This document shows positions 14,188-27,300 of a DNA stretch of 64,000 nucleotides, piece after piece. Under the pieces are notes generated by a model. It ran no database searches. It saw only the letters and a list, made by a program, of their open reading frames with translations, and had not been told where the DNA came from. The stretch lies in assembly GCA_032718475.1 (NCBI GenBank), contig JAUCBJ010002701.1, forward strand, positions 1-64,000. Reading direction: 5' to 3'. The position numbers were made by a program, and so were the translations under genes. The DNA is from Nemertoderma westbladi. Lineage: Eukaryota > Animalia > Xenacoelomorpha. Every line of letters starts with the position of its first letter. Position 1 is the stretch's first letter.

Positions 14188-16385
14188 TGATAAACAACCG
14201 CGACCTCTATACTAACAGCAGAACTGTTGAACAGACAAATACCCGTTAATATCCTTCTGTCAACCTAATAAGTTCTCGTCTATCCAATAAGAGACAAAGA
14301 CTGCTCTACTGTTAAGTAAAGGGGATCAGGAGCGTGCTATTACTAAATTGTAAGGGTTGCTAAATACAAAACCGCTACTTACCGTTGGATGGCGCTAATC
14401 TGCCGTCCGCTAATATATTTTACTAAATTTACACAACTCCTGCAAAATCGCTTGTTCCTTTCTCTACCGATTGCTCGATAGAGAGCTAACTGTTCGAATC
14501 TATGAGCCACGCGGGAATAACCAAAACAATAAACCCGAGTCGGCTCCCTAAGCTTACTTAAGACGAGTGCGAGAGGCCTTGCACTCAGAGTATTCTTACG
14601 CCTAATTCTATCACTATTAAAACACGCTATTGTCTACGTCTTTTCTAATCGCGAATACTGGGGGTTCTCTAACGTAATGTGTGAATGCGAGAATATTTAA
14701 ATAATCAAATGATACAGTAATTGTTTCTACGTGGATAGTACCGCTCTGGGTCTAAACTTGCCTGCCGCTGGCTTTAGGCCAGCAAATTACTAGCGTATTG
14801 TGCGTACCGAATAGTGCGATCTAGCTGATTGCCCGCTAATGCAAATAACCGCTCAGCGTGAATAGTTTACAGTACTCTAATTATTACCTTAGCTACTCTC
14901 CGCTATGCTGCGTACTAATTCTTAATTTTTTACTAATCAATTACAGTCACAAATATTTAACAGCGTACTAATTACTAAGAGTTCCAGAATGCGTAATTCT
15001 AATTTATCACGCAACAGGTTTCACTAGTAATAGCCTAAATTGCCGTATTACTTTGACCTAATCAGTAACTAATTGTTGTAACTAAGAAATAGAAATCAAT
15101 CAAAGAGAAAAGGGCGCCTACCTAAACATTCACAATCATAGGCACACTTCAGTAACACACCAATCAGCGTCAACAATCACAGTTCGCAATTATGCAGTTA
15201 ACTACTGTATGGCCCACAATTATGCGACTCACTATTCGTACTCCACACTCAACGTTGTAATACGCGCAGGCCTCTCCCGGATACATCTAGGTTTCCTAAC
15301 TAACCCGATTCCTGCCCCCCTAATACTAAATAGAGACAAAACCTGGATCATCAGCCCCCTAGTTACTGTATCGGCGAATGGTCTGCGTGTTACAGTGCAA
15401 TTGCCCGCCCGCAACGGTGACTCCCCGCCAGCGTTGCCCGTCTTTGAATCCTCCGCTTTCCCTTAGTCGCTCAACCCCCCGATGTGCCCACCGCCCACTG
15501 GCACCTTAGCCCTCCATTATGCTAATAGCTACCGTAGCGGCGCATGCAAATCACAAAGTCTGACAGTCTCAGAAATCCCTTAGGATTATTGCGCAGAAAG
15601 GAATCACATAGAATCATTAATCAAAAGGTAGAAATCATAGTTCCAGTTGTAATTAGCAGTACTCGAAGGAATTAATTGAGAAACACAATCAAGAGTAATC
15701 GCACTAGCAAATCATTTCAAGAAATTAATCAAAATTAGCAAAATTGCAGAAAATACGCTAAAATATCCGTCAAAAGTGAATAGAGACAGCTCAGCAAGTA
15801 CAAAGGTGATAGCAGTAAGGCTCTACCGGCACACCGCCAATTTATAGGTGATCCGGATGGGGTGATGCAATAGGGTGACGCAATCGCTCTCCTATTGGCT
15901 CTCCAGTCCGCGCTAGCATTAGACCAACCTGGAAGCAGTTAGTCCAATAAGGAGGCCGGATTGTAGCCCTATCGCTTGCCCAAACCTCAAATTATTACCA
16001 TATATGGTAATGGATCATGTCCCTGGCTGCTGAATGGCCAGGACAGCATCCCTATATGCTAGCCCTATCGATGCTAATATCAGCAAGCACAAAATCCAGG
16101 GTCCGACTAAACTTGCTACCCTGGAACTATCTACATATATCCTAATGCAAAATTAGGTAGGTAGGGCTACATACTATACAAAATGGATGGATTCAAAATA
16201 TATGGGCGTTTCGATTTCCCTATCTAAATATCATTACGTTATTATGCCTTATCTAAATATTATGCTGCATAACGGACTAATATTACATACAGTATAACGG
16301 ACTAATATTGTGTACAGTATAACGACTAATATTGCATACTGCATAATGACTAATATATGTGGATACAGCGCCATATACCGTAACA
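14188..16385 (-). repeat. 3' LTR (2198 bp)
   Basis: Direct repeat of 30917-33105. About a dozen substitutions and one 9-bp indel seen by eye. Confidence 0.97.
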
Positions 16386-16394
16386 CCGCTCCAA
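16386..16394 (-). other. Weak polypurine tract candidate (TTGGAGCGG) abutting the 3' LTR
   Basis: Lies immediately 5' of TGTTAC on the minus strand; short and interrupted. Confidence 0.35.
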
Positions 16395-16883
16395 GGGAAA
16401 TCATACAATGTTTCCCTCCAATTGTAGAAGAGTATAAGGTGATGTATACAAAACAAAATAAATTTCTTCCAACTAATCTAAATACTTGATACTATAAATC
16501 CTACTATTTACAAAATATTGCTATAGATATTGCATAATGAATTGCATACAAATTAAATTTACAAAATATTATCTCTCTCATTGTTAACGATTATTACATA
16601 CAAATTAAATTTACAAATATTGTTTCTCGTTCGTTCTTACTACATAATGATTACTACATACAAAATCAAATATATATAAAAAATTTGCTAGGGCAAGTGA
16701 AAGGAGTAAGCCAAACCCGCAGGTTTGTCTCCCCAATCACTTCCTTCGCCTCTCTCATAATATAAATTCAAAACAACTCAACTAGTGTATATGAGTCTAG
16801 TCGAAGATTTCTAAATGCTACAATATACATCAGAGCGACGATGATGTATATATCTAGAGTCTGTCGCCCTGTGCTATAATGTA

Positions 16884-19800
16884 TTATCGACCCGCTCCTG
16901 GGTTCTTTGGGCTCGCTCCTCTCTTTCGCCCTCTTCCCAGATACACCAATCGTCCTCCAGTCGACTCCATTGACGGCGTCCGTGAGGCGTCACTCCCCGG
17001 AACCGGCGACGACGTTCCCTGAGCCCCGACAGATTCTCGGCTTGTGCTTCTTCCTCGGCCTCGTCCCAATTGTCGTGCTCCTGTGGTCGCTTCCGCCAAC
17101 TCTTCCTTATGCAGTTGCACGTGCGCTTTTTCCGACGCTCCCTGCGCCTTGCGCTGCAACCTTTGCGCTTCTATAATAGAATGATAGTGTTCGTCCTTGA
17201 CTTGACGCTTGTCTTGGACCCCTCCTCCTGGTTCCTTCCGCGAGCCTTGAGCTCCAGCGGTCGTCGCTGTGGTCGCTGCGATCCTCTGTTCCTGTATCCT
17301 CTCAGCGGTCAATGAACCCACTGGCACATGAGTCAACAAGAATTCGTTGCGGTATTGTATAGCCGCCATCCTCCAATCACCTCGCGCGCGTACCACTTTT
17401 CTAGTCTCCGTAAATACACCCTTCGTGATGCGATCGCAAATAGCAACGAAGTTCCAGGTGTACTTGTTATCCATATTCAATTGTCTGAAGTATTCTCGGA
17501 CTACGATAACTCCAGTGTTCTGTGGAAGGTCTTGAGCAGTTAGGATGAGTTCCTGATATTGTGGTAGCGATTGTAGATATGGCTCGTACGCAACATGTGA
17601 TGGGTCTACCGCCCAAAACCCATATCCCGCCTTAAATGGTAACGAACGCATCTGCGCTTGAATATGGTAATCAGCCACACTCTCCCACTTATCTAACATC
17701 TCCCGAAGTAAGTTAGCGCTATGGTTTTGAAAGGAATCATCTCGCAGCTGACATCTCGCGCTACGATGTCCCTTTACCCCACAATATCCACATTGAGAAA
17801 TGAAGACGGTGCACGTGTGAAACGAATGGTCGGTCTCATTACACCAACGACAGACCTTATGCGCTGCCTCTACTACCGCGTCGCACGACTTTAGATTGTG
17901 CCTTGTGCTGCCGCACAATTTGCACCTACGCGCTTGTGGAAACCAGGCCCTCTCGTATATGAGGTCTCCAATCGGTTTCGCACTTCCTTCCTTCCCAATG
18001 TCTAATACGATGTCGTCCTCTCCGGTCAACGGTTGTCGATCCGGAACAAAGTAAACATCCTCGCCCTTGTCCTCTATCTCCAATATTTCCTCCCGCGTTC
18101 GTTTCGGATATGTCTTCTCCACCGGAAGATCTACTCCGAACACCTCTACTAACGTCTCCGGCCAACCCTCCTTAACAGGTCTATCAGCCTCCGAGTGGAA
18201 GGGAGTACCAAACCCGCGGGTTTGATTCCCGAACCACTTCTCCAAAGCTTCTGGCGTCGGATACTCCATCGACGGTCGGTCTCCCAAATCTCCGATGTTC
18301 TGTCGATATACTCCTTCGAATATCGCTAATCCTCTCCTAACCATCGACATATTCTCTAACGATTGGTTGAAGAACGGGGTTAAGAAACGCTTCATCACGT
18401 CGGATTGGATTCCCCCTTTCGAGCGAACGTATTGATCTCCTCCGAATACCAATGGATGACGCTTCAAAACTCGCGCAACGATATCCGCTAATAAACAAGT
18501 CACCGTGTTCGACTCAAGCACCAAATAATATTGTAGCGACGCACGGGGTGGCGCGCAAATGTTCCAATACACTAACGCTTGCCGCTTGAAGTGGGATTTG
18601 AACTCCGCTCCCGGTGGGGTGTTGTATTCGCCATACGCCTCCTCGTACTTCTTCTGCGTCTTTAACTTAAAGTCCCAATTATACAACAAGTGTGCTATAA
18701 AGCCCATACCAGTCTTGGCAGAGTTGGGATACTCCCTATAAATTCCAATATCCTGTGCCCATAGCAACAATAGCTTGGTGTCGACAAACGGTCTTGGCAA
18801 TCTATCTTCCAGATCAGTCATGGTGTTGAAGTCGCTCTCCAAATCGCTCTGGACTCCCGATCCCACCTTGACGTAATCTTGGTTGAGAATAGCCTCTCTA
18901 ACTTTCTTGGGTAGCATCCTGGCGTCGATACGCTCCGCTCCGTGCATACCTCCTCGCCTGCATACCTCCAAAATCTGCTCCCTAGGATCCTTCCCTTTCC
19001 GATATTGTGTCGTTATGATGGGCTCCGGTCTCTCTCGATCCGCCCTCACACGCATAAACACATGAGTCACACCATCGGCCGCACGAATTTGAATACACTT
19101 GCTGGTCAAACATTCCTGATGGGACCCTCCTTCATTGTCGTAGAACATCACCCTCCAATCCTGCAGTGATTCCTCCGTTTTCCTCCACTGACGCTGAATC
19201 TCGTCTGATGGGGTCCACATGCGCTCGATAGCCTTGTGGTCATCATATCGGGTATAAGAACCCTTCCTCCTCAGCCACGTCTGGTCTACCTCCTCGTCAT
19301 CTGGGAATGTAGCCACCGCGACCCATACCTTGATGTACTTATCCAACCATCCGAATAGTTTGCTCTCCTTCCCCGGAGCTCCAATCTTATCCAATGTGTC
19401 GTAATCTGTGATCTGCATTGGGACATCACGCAAGAACTTCGCGCATAAAACTTCCCGTAGACAGTCAACGTTCCAATGATCCGCCATTCTTACCATCGGC
19501 AAGAATCGTATCGCTTCTCGCGACTCCGGATGATCTACTAATATCGCAGGTTCGGTGCCGTCGGAATAATACACCGGTCGGGGTTGAGATACGACCTGTG
19601 GAACAAATCCGGTCACTCTCCTCGTCTCCTCTTGATGTCTATCCGCGGTCTTATTATACTCCGCTATCCTGTTCTCAAATAACTCTTTCGCCTTCGCCGC
19701 TCGCTCCTCCTGCCGCAACGCGTCTATGTCGTCCTGATGCTCAGGCGTGAGGCTTCTCGCTCGGTGAGGTGAAGTAAACGCAGTCCAGGGACTCGAGAGC

Positions 19801-20591
19801 TCCAAACCCGCGGGTTTGGTACCCGAGTCCCGCGCCGCTTCGCGCCGCGCCTCTAGATCCTTGTAGGCTCGGTACAGCGAAATGGCCGCTGCCGTCTCTA
19901 TCAAACTGGGTGTCGAACAGGGTTTAATCTCCATATACGGATCTAATGTCGTAACGGTCGGCGTAATGGGTCTCGGAGGTCGCTTTCCGCTAAAGTCGAT
20001 ACTGATCATCGGGTTGCTCATCGGGTAACCTCCCTCGTTGTATCTAAGGAACTGGTGAGCTGGACATCGCGTTAATATCGGTTCCGGATGTTGCTCGTCT
20101 AATCGGTCGGGAATCGCCACGTCTTGCTTATTCATGCATTCACCACACTTGTAGAACAGCTTGTACACGCTGAAGACTTTCGGCGTCTCCTGATCCTCGC
20201 CTCGAGTCCTCCGGTATAGATGCATCCCGTCGAACTGATCTCGGACTGCAGGTAGAGGTTCTTCGTGTCGTAAATACATATTCATATGGTACAGTCGTGC
20301 GATCTCCTCATCCGGATCTGCACTAATGTCACATACGTCCAAAGCGAAGTCGTAAGGATACCGCGTGCGATATTCTCTCCGCAAAACTTCCATCCGGTCC
20401 CCCAACGCTCTCATTCTTTCCCTCCGTAATTCCTTATCATAAGTCGGCTTATATTTTCCATTTAGCTCCATCACGGACCGCCCATGGTAGTAAACGTTAG
20501 AGTCTTTACATCCTGGTCGCGCGAATGGTAGCTCCGCCTCCTCTCTGGCAGTAAATCCTCTGCGCGGTTGCGCTCTAATATCCCTCTCCAT
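16884..20591 (-). CDS. Retrotransposon accessory ORF2 (~1235 aa): DnaQ-like DEDDy 3'-5' exonuclease (WRN/MUT-7/EXD type), 3 CCHC zinc knuckles and RG-rich C-terminus
   Basis: Uninterrupted ORF with first ATG at 20591 (the track start at 20624 is TTG). Exonuclease motifs: ExoI VMFYDNEG, CIQI, LPKKVREAIL, ExoII KVGSGVQSD, FVDTK, TGMGFIA, W...ExoIII-like YYLVLE. Knuckles: CKLCGSTRHNLKSC, CRWCNETDHSFHTC, CGYCGVKGHRSARC. Tail contains GRGRGR. Confidence 0.85.
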   Translation of the reverse strand: MERDIRAQPRRGFTAREEAELPFARPGCKDSNVYYHGRSVMELNGKYKPTYDKELRRERMRALGDRMEVLRREYRTRYPYDFALDVCDISADPDEEIARLYHMNMYLRHEEPLPAVRDQFDGMHLYRRTRGEDQETPKVFSVYKLFYKCGECMNKQDVAIPDRLDEQHPEPILTRCPAHQFLRYNEGGYPMSNPMISIDFSGKRPPRPITPTVTTLDPYMEIKPCSTPSLIETAAAISLYRAYKDLEARREAARDSGTKPAGLELSSPWTAFTSPHRARSLTPEHQDDIDALRQEERAAKAKELFENRIAEYNKTADRHQEETRRVTGFVPQVVSQPRPVYYSDGTEPAILVDHPESREAIRFLPMVRMADHWNVDCLREVLCAKFLRDVPMQITDYDTLDKIGAPGKESKLFGWLDKYIKVWVAVATFPDDEEVDQTWLRRKGSYTRYDDHKAIERMWTPSDEIQRQWRKTEESLQDWRVMFYDNEGGSHQECLTSKCIQIRAADGVTHVFMRVRADRERPEPIITTQYRKGKDPREQILEVCRRGGMHGAERIDARMLPKKVREAILNQDYVKVGSGVQSDLESDFNTMTDLEDRLPRPFVDTKLLLLWAQDIGIYREYPNSAKTGMGFIAHLLYNWDFKLKTQKKYEEAYGEYNTPPGAEFKSHFKRQALVYWNICAPPRASLQYYLVLESNTVTCLLADIVARVLKRHPLVFGGDQYVRSKGGIQSDVMKRFLTPFFNQSLENMSMVRRGLAIFEGVYRQNIGDLGDRPSMEYPTPEALEKWFGNQTRGFGTPFHSEADRPVKEGWPETLVEVFGVDLPVEKTYPKRTREEILEIEDKGEDVYFVPDRQPLTGEDDIVLDIGKEGSAKPIGDLIYERAWFPQARRCKLCGSTRHNLKSCDAVVEAAHKVCRWCNETDHSFHTCTVFISQCGYCGVKGHRSARCQLRDDSFQNHSANLLREMLDKWESVADYHIQAQMRSLPFKAGYGFWAVDPSHVAYEPYLQSLPQYQELILTAQDLPQNTGVIVVREYFRQLNMDNKYTWNFVAICDRITKGVFTETRKVVRARGDWRMAAIQYRNEFLLTHVPVGSLTAERIQEQRIAATTATTAGAQGSRKEPGGGVQDKRQVKDEHYHSIIEAQRLQRKAQGASEKAHVQLHKEELAEATTGARQLGRGRGRSTSRESVGAQGTSSPVPGSDASRTPSMESTGGRLVYLGRGRKRGASPKNPGAGR

Positions 20592-20650
20592 TATGCCTCG
20601 CGTATATACATATATATATCCCAATAAGTGCCGTTACGTAACCAATTACA

Positions 20651-20670
20651 CTGTGGGTAAATCAGTTAGA
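20651..20670 (-). promoter_or_regulatory. Branch point and 3' splice acceptor upstream of ORF2
   Basis: Minus strand reads tCTAACtgatttacccacAG|, about 60 nt before the ORF2 ATG. Confidence 0.55.
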
Positions 20671-21345
20671 TGTCGCCGAAAGACAGACCTCCCGAACCCC
20701 CCCGCCTTCCAGCAGTTCAGGTTTGACTCTCTAGATCCCGTCTCTTCCTAACTAACTATCCTCTAACCTATTCCCATGCATAGCGCAAAAACTTTGGAGA
20801 TAAACTGGCCGTGACCAACTCACTTTTTGATGCCCAAACTACTCCCATTACTCGTACTAAACTACAGTAGTTAGAAAGGACCATAGCCACAATACCCAAC
20901 TATACCAAACCCACAGGTTTGATAATCGAACATCACACATCCTGCAAACTACTGAGTGGGGTCCATGTACGCCTCTGGTGCTACTAACCTTTAGCACCTT
21001 AGTTGCACTGTTGGCACCAATCCGTGGAAGTTGCTAAACTCAATTTACACTCCTACGTAATATAGCCGTCACCATGGTTTCTAAATGCTATTTTCCAGGC
21101 TTCACGACTTTTCAAATTACTGTTTTCTATAGACGAATTCTAAAACGCGTCTATACACAGCGTCTGGAATTGTCTTGGGTTCACTTTTCTAATTTTAAAA
21201 TTTTCTAATTTTCCAAAATTTTGAAATAAAATTTTGTTTTGATACCCACTAGACAAAACTCAACGCAAATCACCACAACCCCGCTCCTATGCATTTCCTT
21301 GTATTTGCATACGAGGAATGCATACGAAGTGAGTTGCGTCCAATA

Positions 21346-24300
21346 CTAATTCTGTTTTGAGACAGGAGACAAATTATAATCTCCCGTCTCGATACGTGTC
21401 TCCTCTAATAACACAATATCTTGGACCGGTCGGTCCAAGGTGTGCAAACCATTAGTTTTACACTTTTTTGGGTGCGGACACTTGCACCTAATTTTCACAG
21501 TGACTGTGCGCACTATGTTTTGCACGTCTGGGTGTGTGTGCAAGATGACACCTGTCTCCCAATACTTTCTCTTGACAATCGGCTCGGTTATCAATACGTA
21601 ATCTCCCCTTTGGAGACTCCGAACCGTTTTGTACCACTTTGTTCTGGTGGATATGGTGGGAAGATAATATTCCCGCCAATATTCCCAGAATGTGTACGCT
21701 ACTAATTGTGTCACCTTCCAGCTTTTACGACTATATAGGTCGGCACTAACGGGTTCTGATGCCGGCACAAGAAATGCTGGACTCTGCATTAACAAATGAT
21801 TCGGCGTTAATGCAACACCGTCTGGCAACATAGCTATCGGCCTCGAGTTTAGGGTATGCTCGATTTCAATGAAAGCTGTAACCAGTTCGTCGTCGGTAAG
21901 TTGTTTATTTACAGGCAATGTTTTGGCAATGGCCTGTTTTACAGAGCGAACTAAACGCTCCCAACTTCCTCCTCTCCAAGGACTTTCTGGAGTATTAAAT
22001 CTCCACTCTACTCTTTGCGGCAAAAGTGCTGCAGAAATTTCCTTATTCTGTGCTGCTTTATGAGCCGCGTTTAACTCGCTGTTCCCTCCGACAAAGTTTG
22101 TACCCTTATCGGAGTAGAACGCCTTTACTAGTCCTCTCCTGGCCATAAATCTCTTTAAGGCCAGGAGCAGAGATTTGGTCGACATGTCTGCCACACGCTC
22201 AATGTGTATAGCTCTACTAGCCATACATGTCAGTAGCAGACCCCATCGCTTGTGGGTCAGCCATCCACTCTTTGCCTCAATCGGACCAAAACAGTCCACC
22301 CCTGTGTTCGTAAAGGGTGGGTCATATGCCTGCACTCTCGCTTCCGGGAGTTCAGCCATCTCCTGTTCCAATACTCTGGCGTTCACCCTCTTGCAAACCA
22401 GACAGGCGTCGTACATAGTGCCTACTGCCCTGATTGGCTGCAATAGAATGAATCGCTGTCTCGCTGCCGACAAACAGTGTAACTTTCCCGCGTGATGCAA
22501 CCTCTTGTGTATATCCCATAGAATCGCTCTTTGCAATTCTATTGGGTGACTAGGGATTATCACTGGGAACCGAAACTGTGAGTTTATGTCGACAGTCTGG
22601 ATTCTCGATCTATGACAAATCAAACCCTTATGGATTAATAGACTCCATTTTCTAAGGGGTTTATAGAGAACTGGTCGTTGAGCCGATAATAGATGGAATT
22701 CTTTGGGGAAGGCACACATTTGATAATGCTTCAAATGCTTTAATTCCGCTTGATCAATCTCATCCTCTGTCAGAGGTTGTTTCAATTTCCGAATTCGCTC
22801 ACTATTGGTGCTCAATGGTTCTCTCAAATGTTCCGAATGTTTTAAACAAAGGTACAAAATGTATCGGCTTAACCACGCAGTTCTTTTACAAATTGTCAGC
22901 CAAGAGGCAGACGAATTTAGTAATTTGTCATAAACACTGCATGACACTAATGCCAGCGACGGTTGTCCGCTAACTAATGGAAGTTTCGAATCCAAACCCG
23001 CAGGTTTGGAAACCAAAGGCTCCATTGTGTCGGTCATTTTCTGTCCGTCACTTACTAACTGTGACTGTCGTCTAGTCTGTAAGGGTGGTTTTATGTCATA
23101 ACTTACCCTTCCGGACCTAGTAGTCACGTAAGTCTGTTGGTCTGACAGGTCTCCGGGCCGCTCCAATGACTCTTCAGGCCGCTCCAATGACTCTTCAGGC
23201 CGCTCCAATGACTCTTCAGGCCGCTCCAATGACTTAAGTTTGGCTTTAGACTTCGACTTAGAGACTTTCTCCACTTTGACTTCTGCATCTTCAGGCATCG
23301 GATTGGTCACTATCTTTAGTCGCTCTGGCCAATGTTCCTGTGTCCTCGTTAGAAAATCAGGTCCATGCAACCAAAACTCCTGCGACTCTTCCTGACAGAA
23401 TTCCGCCGGCATTGCACCTCTCGAAGTTATGTCGGCCGGGTTCAACACTCCCGGACAATGTCTCCATTGTTCCTTCGTCGAAAAATCAACGATCTGAGCG
23501 CGTCTATTGGCCACAAATGTCTTTAGTGCAATATTGTCGGCCGCAATGTATACTAACACCAAGGATGCGTCCGTCCAATAGAATAAGGTCAGTGTCGTGT
23601 CTAACTCCTCAGTTATCTGCTTACTTACCTCGACCGAAACTACTGCCGCCTGTAACTCTGCACGAGGGACAGTCATGTATTTGACCGGCATTGTCTTTGA
23701 TCTAGAAGTCACAAAGGCCGTCTCAAATTTGTCCTGACTTACCTCTCGGCGAAGGTAGGCTACCATACCAAAGCCGGTGTCACTTGCATCACTAAATAGG
23801 TGGAGCTCTAAATCAGCTGGGAATACCAGCTGATTCGGAAAGTAGGAACGGGGTACATCTATATTTTTCAATAGATGTAACTCGGCTTCCCACTCCCTCC
23901 ACTGCTTTGCATGTATAGGAGATATTGGTTCGTCCCACTCTAAGTCGGACAACCAAATTTTCCTCATGCACGCTCGTGCCTGTAATATAACCGGACTGAT
24001 AAAGTTCATCGGGTCAAATAGTCTACTTAATGTCGATAAGCAAATCCTCTTAGTCAAAACTTTGTCTGGGCTACTGGGCTCAAATCTAACTCTTACCTGG
24101 AACTTATCTGAGTTCGGGTTCCAAGCGAGTCCCAGTACTCGCGCCATGGGGATTGGTTCTACCCCCAATTCTATGTCTCCGCTCCCGCGATCTTTCACCG
24201 GGAACGATTCTAATAGGGCCTCCGAGTTCGTAGTGAACTTGGTCAGAGGAAATCCCCCTGTAGCCAAGCACTCCTGCAGGCCGTGAGCCACTTCTATGGC

Positions 24301-27300
24301 TTGTTCCGCTGTGTCCTTGGACACCAATCCGTCGTCCATGTAGAAGTTTCTCAAGATGGACTCGATAACCTCTACTGGATACTTACCAATCTGGGCTGTT
24401 GCCGTTTTCTTTAAAACGAACAGCGTGCCATTCGGACTATCGCGGGCGCCAAATATCCTAACGTACATTTGGTATGTAACCACTGGGCCGGATAAGTCTT
24501 CATTCTCGTACCAGAGAAAGCGAAGGCTATCCTGGTCTGCCTTACAGGCTCTTACCTGGTGGAACATCGCCTCGATGTCACAAGTAAATGCGAATCGCCG
24601 CTGTCTAAAACGTAACAATATTCCAATCAAATAGTTATTCAGGTTGGGACCATCCATCAACTCTGAATTCAGGGACATACCCCTATAGACTGCTGCGCAG
24701 TCGTTGACTACTCGGACTTTGTCTGGCTTGTCGGGGTGAGTCACATAGTGGTGTGGAAGGTAATAAGTCTGGTCTGTCACTAAGTCAGGGTCCTCTACCT
24801 TCCCAGCAAATCCCTTGGCGAAATAGTTGTTGATCTGGGCGCAATACTTCTCCCTAATGTCTGGATTCTTCAACAACCGAGCCCTTACTCCGTTCAATCT
24901 TTTCAAGGCTAAGTTATAGTTGTTCTCCAACTTAGGTGGTTGTCGACGCCACAACATTCCAACTTCAAAATGTCCAGTCGGTAGTAGACGTATGGTGTCT
25001 TCCATCATCTCCAACGACCGTTTCTCATCAGTAGACATGGCTAGGTCATATCCACCGGGTTCCATTGCGTCCCTATCCAGCCATTCGACGGTTCTGGCTC
25101 CTGTCTCGAGGTCCTGGCGTATCAATTCCTTCTGTAGTTCCTCCTCACTGTATTGGAAAATGTCGAGGTCTCGATATTTAGCCACCTGACCCTCCACTAT
25201 GTCGGTATAAGTCAAAACGTTAGTCAAATAGGTAGCGTGGGCCGCTGAACCAGACCCACGGGTCTGATAACAGTAGTCCTCGGGTTCACTATCTGTCCGG
25301 TCGTTATGAAGTGGTTCCGACAACCTAACATTATCGGGAATCAACTCCTCGTCCGACTCGCTAAAGTCACTATAGTGGTCAATACAGGTTCTCCTAAACT
25401 CGTCTATGTCTGGTGGTTCTACTAACGGTGGTTGAGTTATAGGCTGTAGTTCGTCGTATCTGTTCATTGGCTTGTCGCCACCTGTAAACTCATAAGACAT
25501 GGGTACTCGTGTATACCAACCTAGTATGGTCCTATGGGCATGTGGTCCATTGACATGCGGCTCAGCTGGTCTCGTTTCCCATATTTGGTGTGCGATCAGC
25601 TGTTCTGCACCAATCAACATAGAAACATTCCTATAACCTACCTGGTGTCTGGGTATCCTGAGCTTGTCAAAATACTCCTGTGCTATGGGACTCATCGGCG
25701 GCACCTTACCTAACTGCCTGCCGAATCCCTTCATAGCTAGACACTTAAATCCGTCCAATGGCAAAGCTTTCCGTTCTTGTCGAGTGTGTTGGTCTCTCGG
25801 AAGTAGGGAGTCTAGTTCTACAGATATCCTGTGTCCCTTGAGGTCACCTACCCCGTGCATAGACTTCAACTCTATTTGGATCTCCTCGGCGTCCTGGAAG
25901 CTAGAAACGGCTCTCACCACTTCCTCGTCGATATACGATAATGTGGACGCAGTGTCCAACATCACATATATCCGCTTCGATCCCTTATCGCCAGTGAGTT
26001 TCACCGGAATCACGCTGAATATTTCCGACGTGGCCGATGATAAATACGTCCGCGCGCTGGTCGATGAACTATCCGCGGTGAAACCTTGGCAGGTCACTTC
26101 TCTCGCGCTCGACTCGCCATCCTCATCCGACGAACCTGGTTGGTAACCATCGTCCTGGATGCCAGTGTACGTATTCCTCCTTATCGATACGGGTTCTTTG
26201 CTCCCCTTCCTGTGAGGATTTCGCTGTAAGTAATGGTCCGTTGGGGTATGGAAATCCGCATGTAGCAACTTGTGATGTAGTCTGCCGCATTCCATGCATC
26301 CGTCCTTGCTGTTTGGGCACTGCCGCCGTACATGACCTGGCGCAAGACAAGCCCAACAGGTGTCCAACGTCCGCACTTGAACTCTTCTTTGTTCCGAATT
26401 TAATTCTTTGAACCGTCTGCAACTATCTAACTTATGGTCGTCAGATCTTACCTCCTTTAGTAAACAGTATTGGCAACCTACAAATCCATCCGGCAACTCC
26501 TGTTGCTTTAACCTAGGTCTATCTAACCGCTCACCTGACCATACTCGCGAGTCTGATCTAAAGGCTGGGGTACTCGAATTATATCTGTCTACTGAGTTAA
26601 ATGTCACAGTAGTCCTGTCATCGTCAAAACTTACCATAGACTTACCGGTAACAGGTTTAGACTCCCTCATATTCTCTTCTGAGAAGTTTGATTTCATCTC
26701 TGCTACTGCGTCTGTGGCTATCATGTCATGAATATGCTGAAGTGTCAATACTTTACCTTGGCTCTCCAACTTATTCTCTAATTTGCGCCATTTCTGTCGA
26801 TAACGCATGTTTAAACGTCTTATTACGCTCTTTAAAACTTCGGCGTGATCACCATGATGAGGTAGATTCACCGTCCTCAAGATGTCCAATGCGTTCGAAA
26901 TAGCGTTCGCTAAGTTCAACAGCTCTAACGGAGTTGTAATCCTTCCGCCCTTACCCAAGTCTTCTACTATCGACTGCGCCATCTTGGTTTTATTCCCGTA
27001 GATGTCACTAAGCGTCTTCATCGCTAACTCAAATGCCCTTTCATTGCCGACGAAGTTATCAGCAATGGCTCTAGGTTCTCGATGGTGCATCTGAAGCAAA
27101 TAGTTGAACTTCTCGTTGGGAGTAAAGGTGCTGTTGGTTAGCTGCTCGTCGACATAGGTTTTGAAAGTCCTCCAATGCTTATGGTTGCCCATAAACTTCT
27201 GGGGTTGTTGCGTCGGCAGTCCTTGCCTAGCAGCAAACTTACCTATGTCCCTAAGGGTTGCGTCGTTCCGGGTTAACAAATGGTTTAGTTCCGCAGGGTT

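Noticed and set aside
15209-15466. 85-aa and 60-aa ORFs duplicated at 31938-32195
   Set aside because: The duplication is simply the LTR, and there is no recognisable domain.
16884-20624. ORF2 as an envelope gene
   Set aside because: No signal peptide or C-terminal TM helix; it has nuclease and zinc-knuckle motifs.
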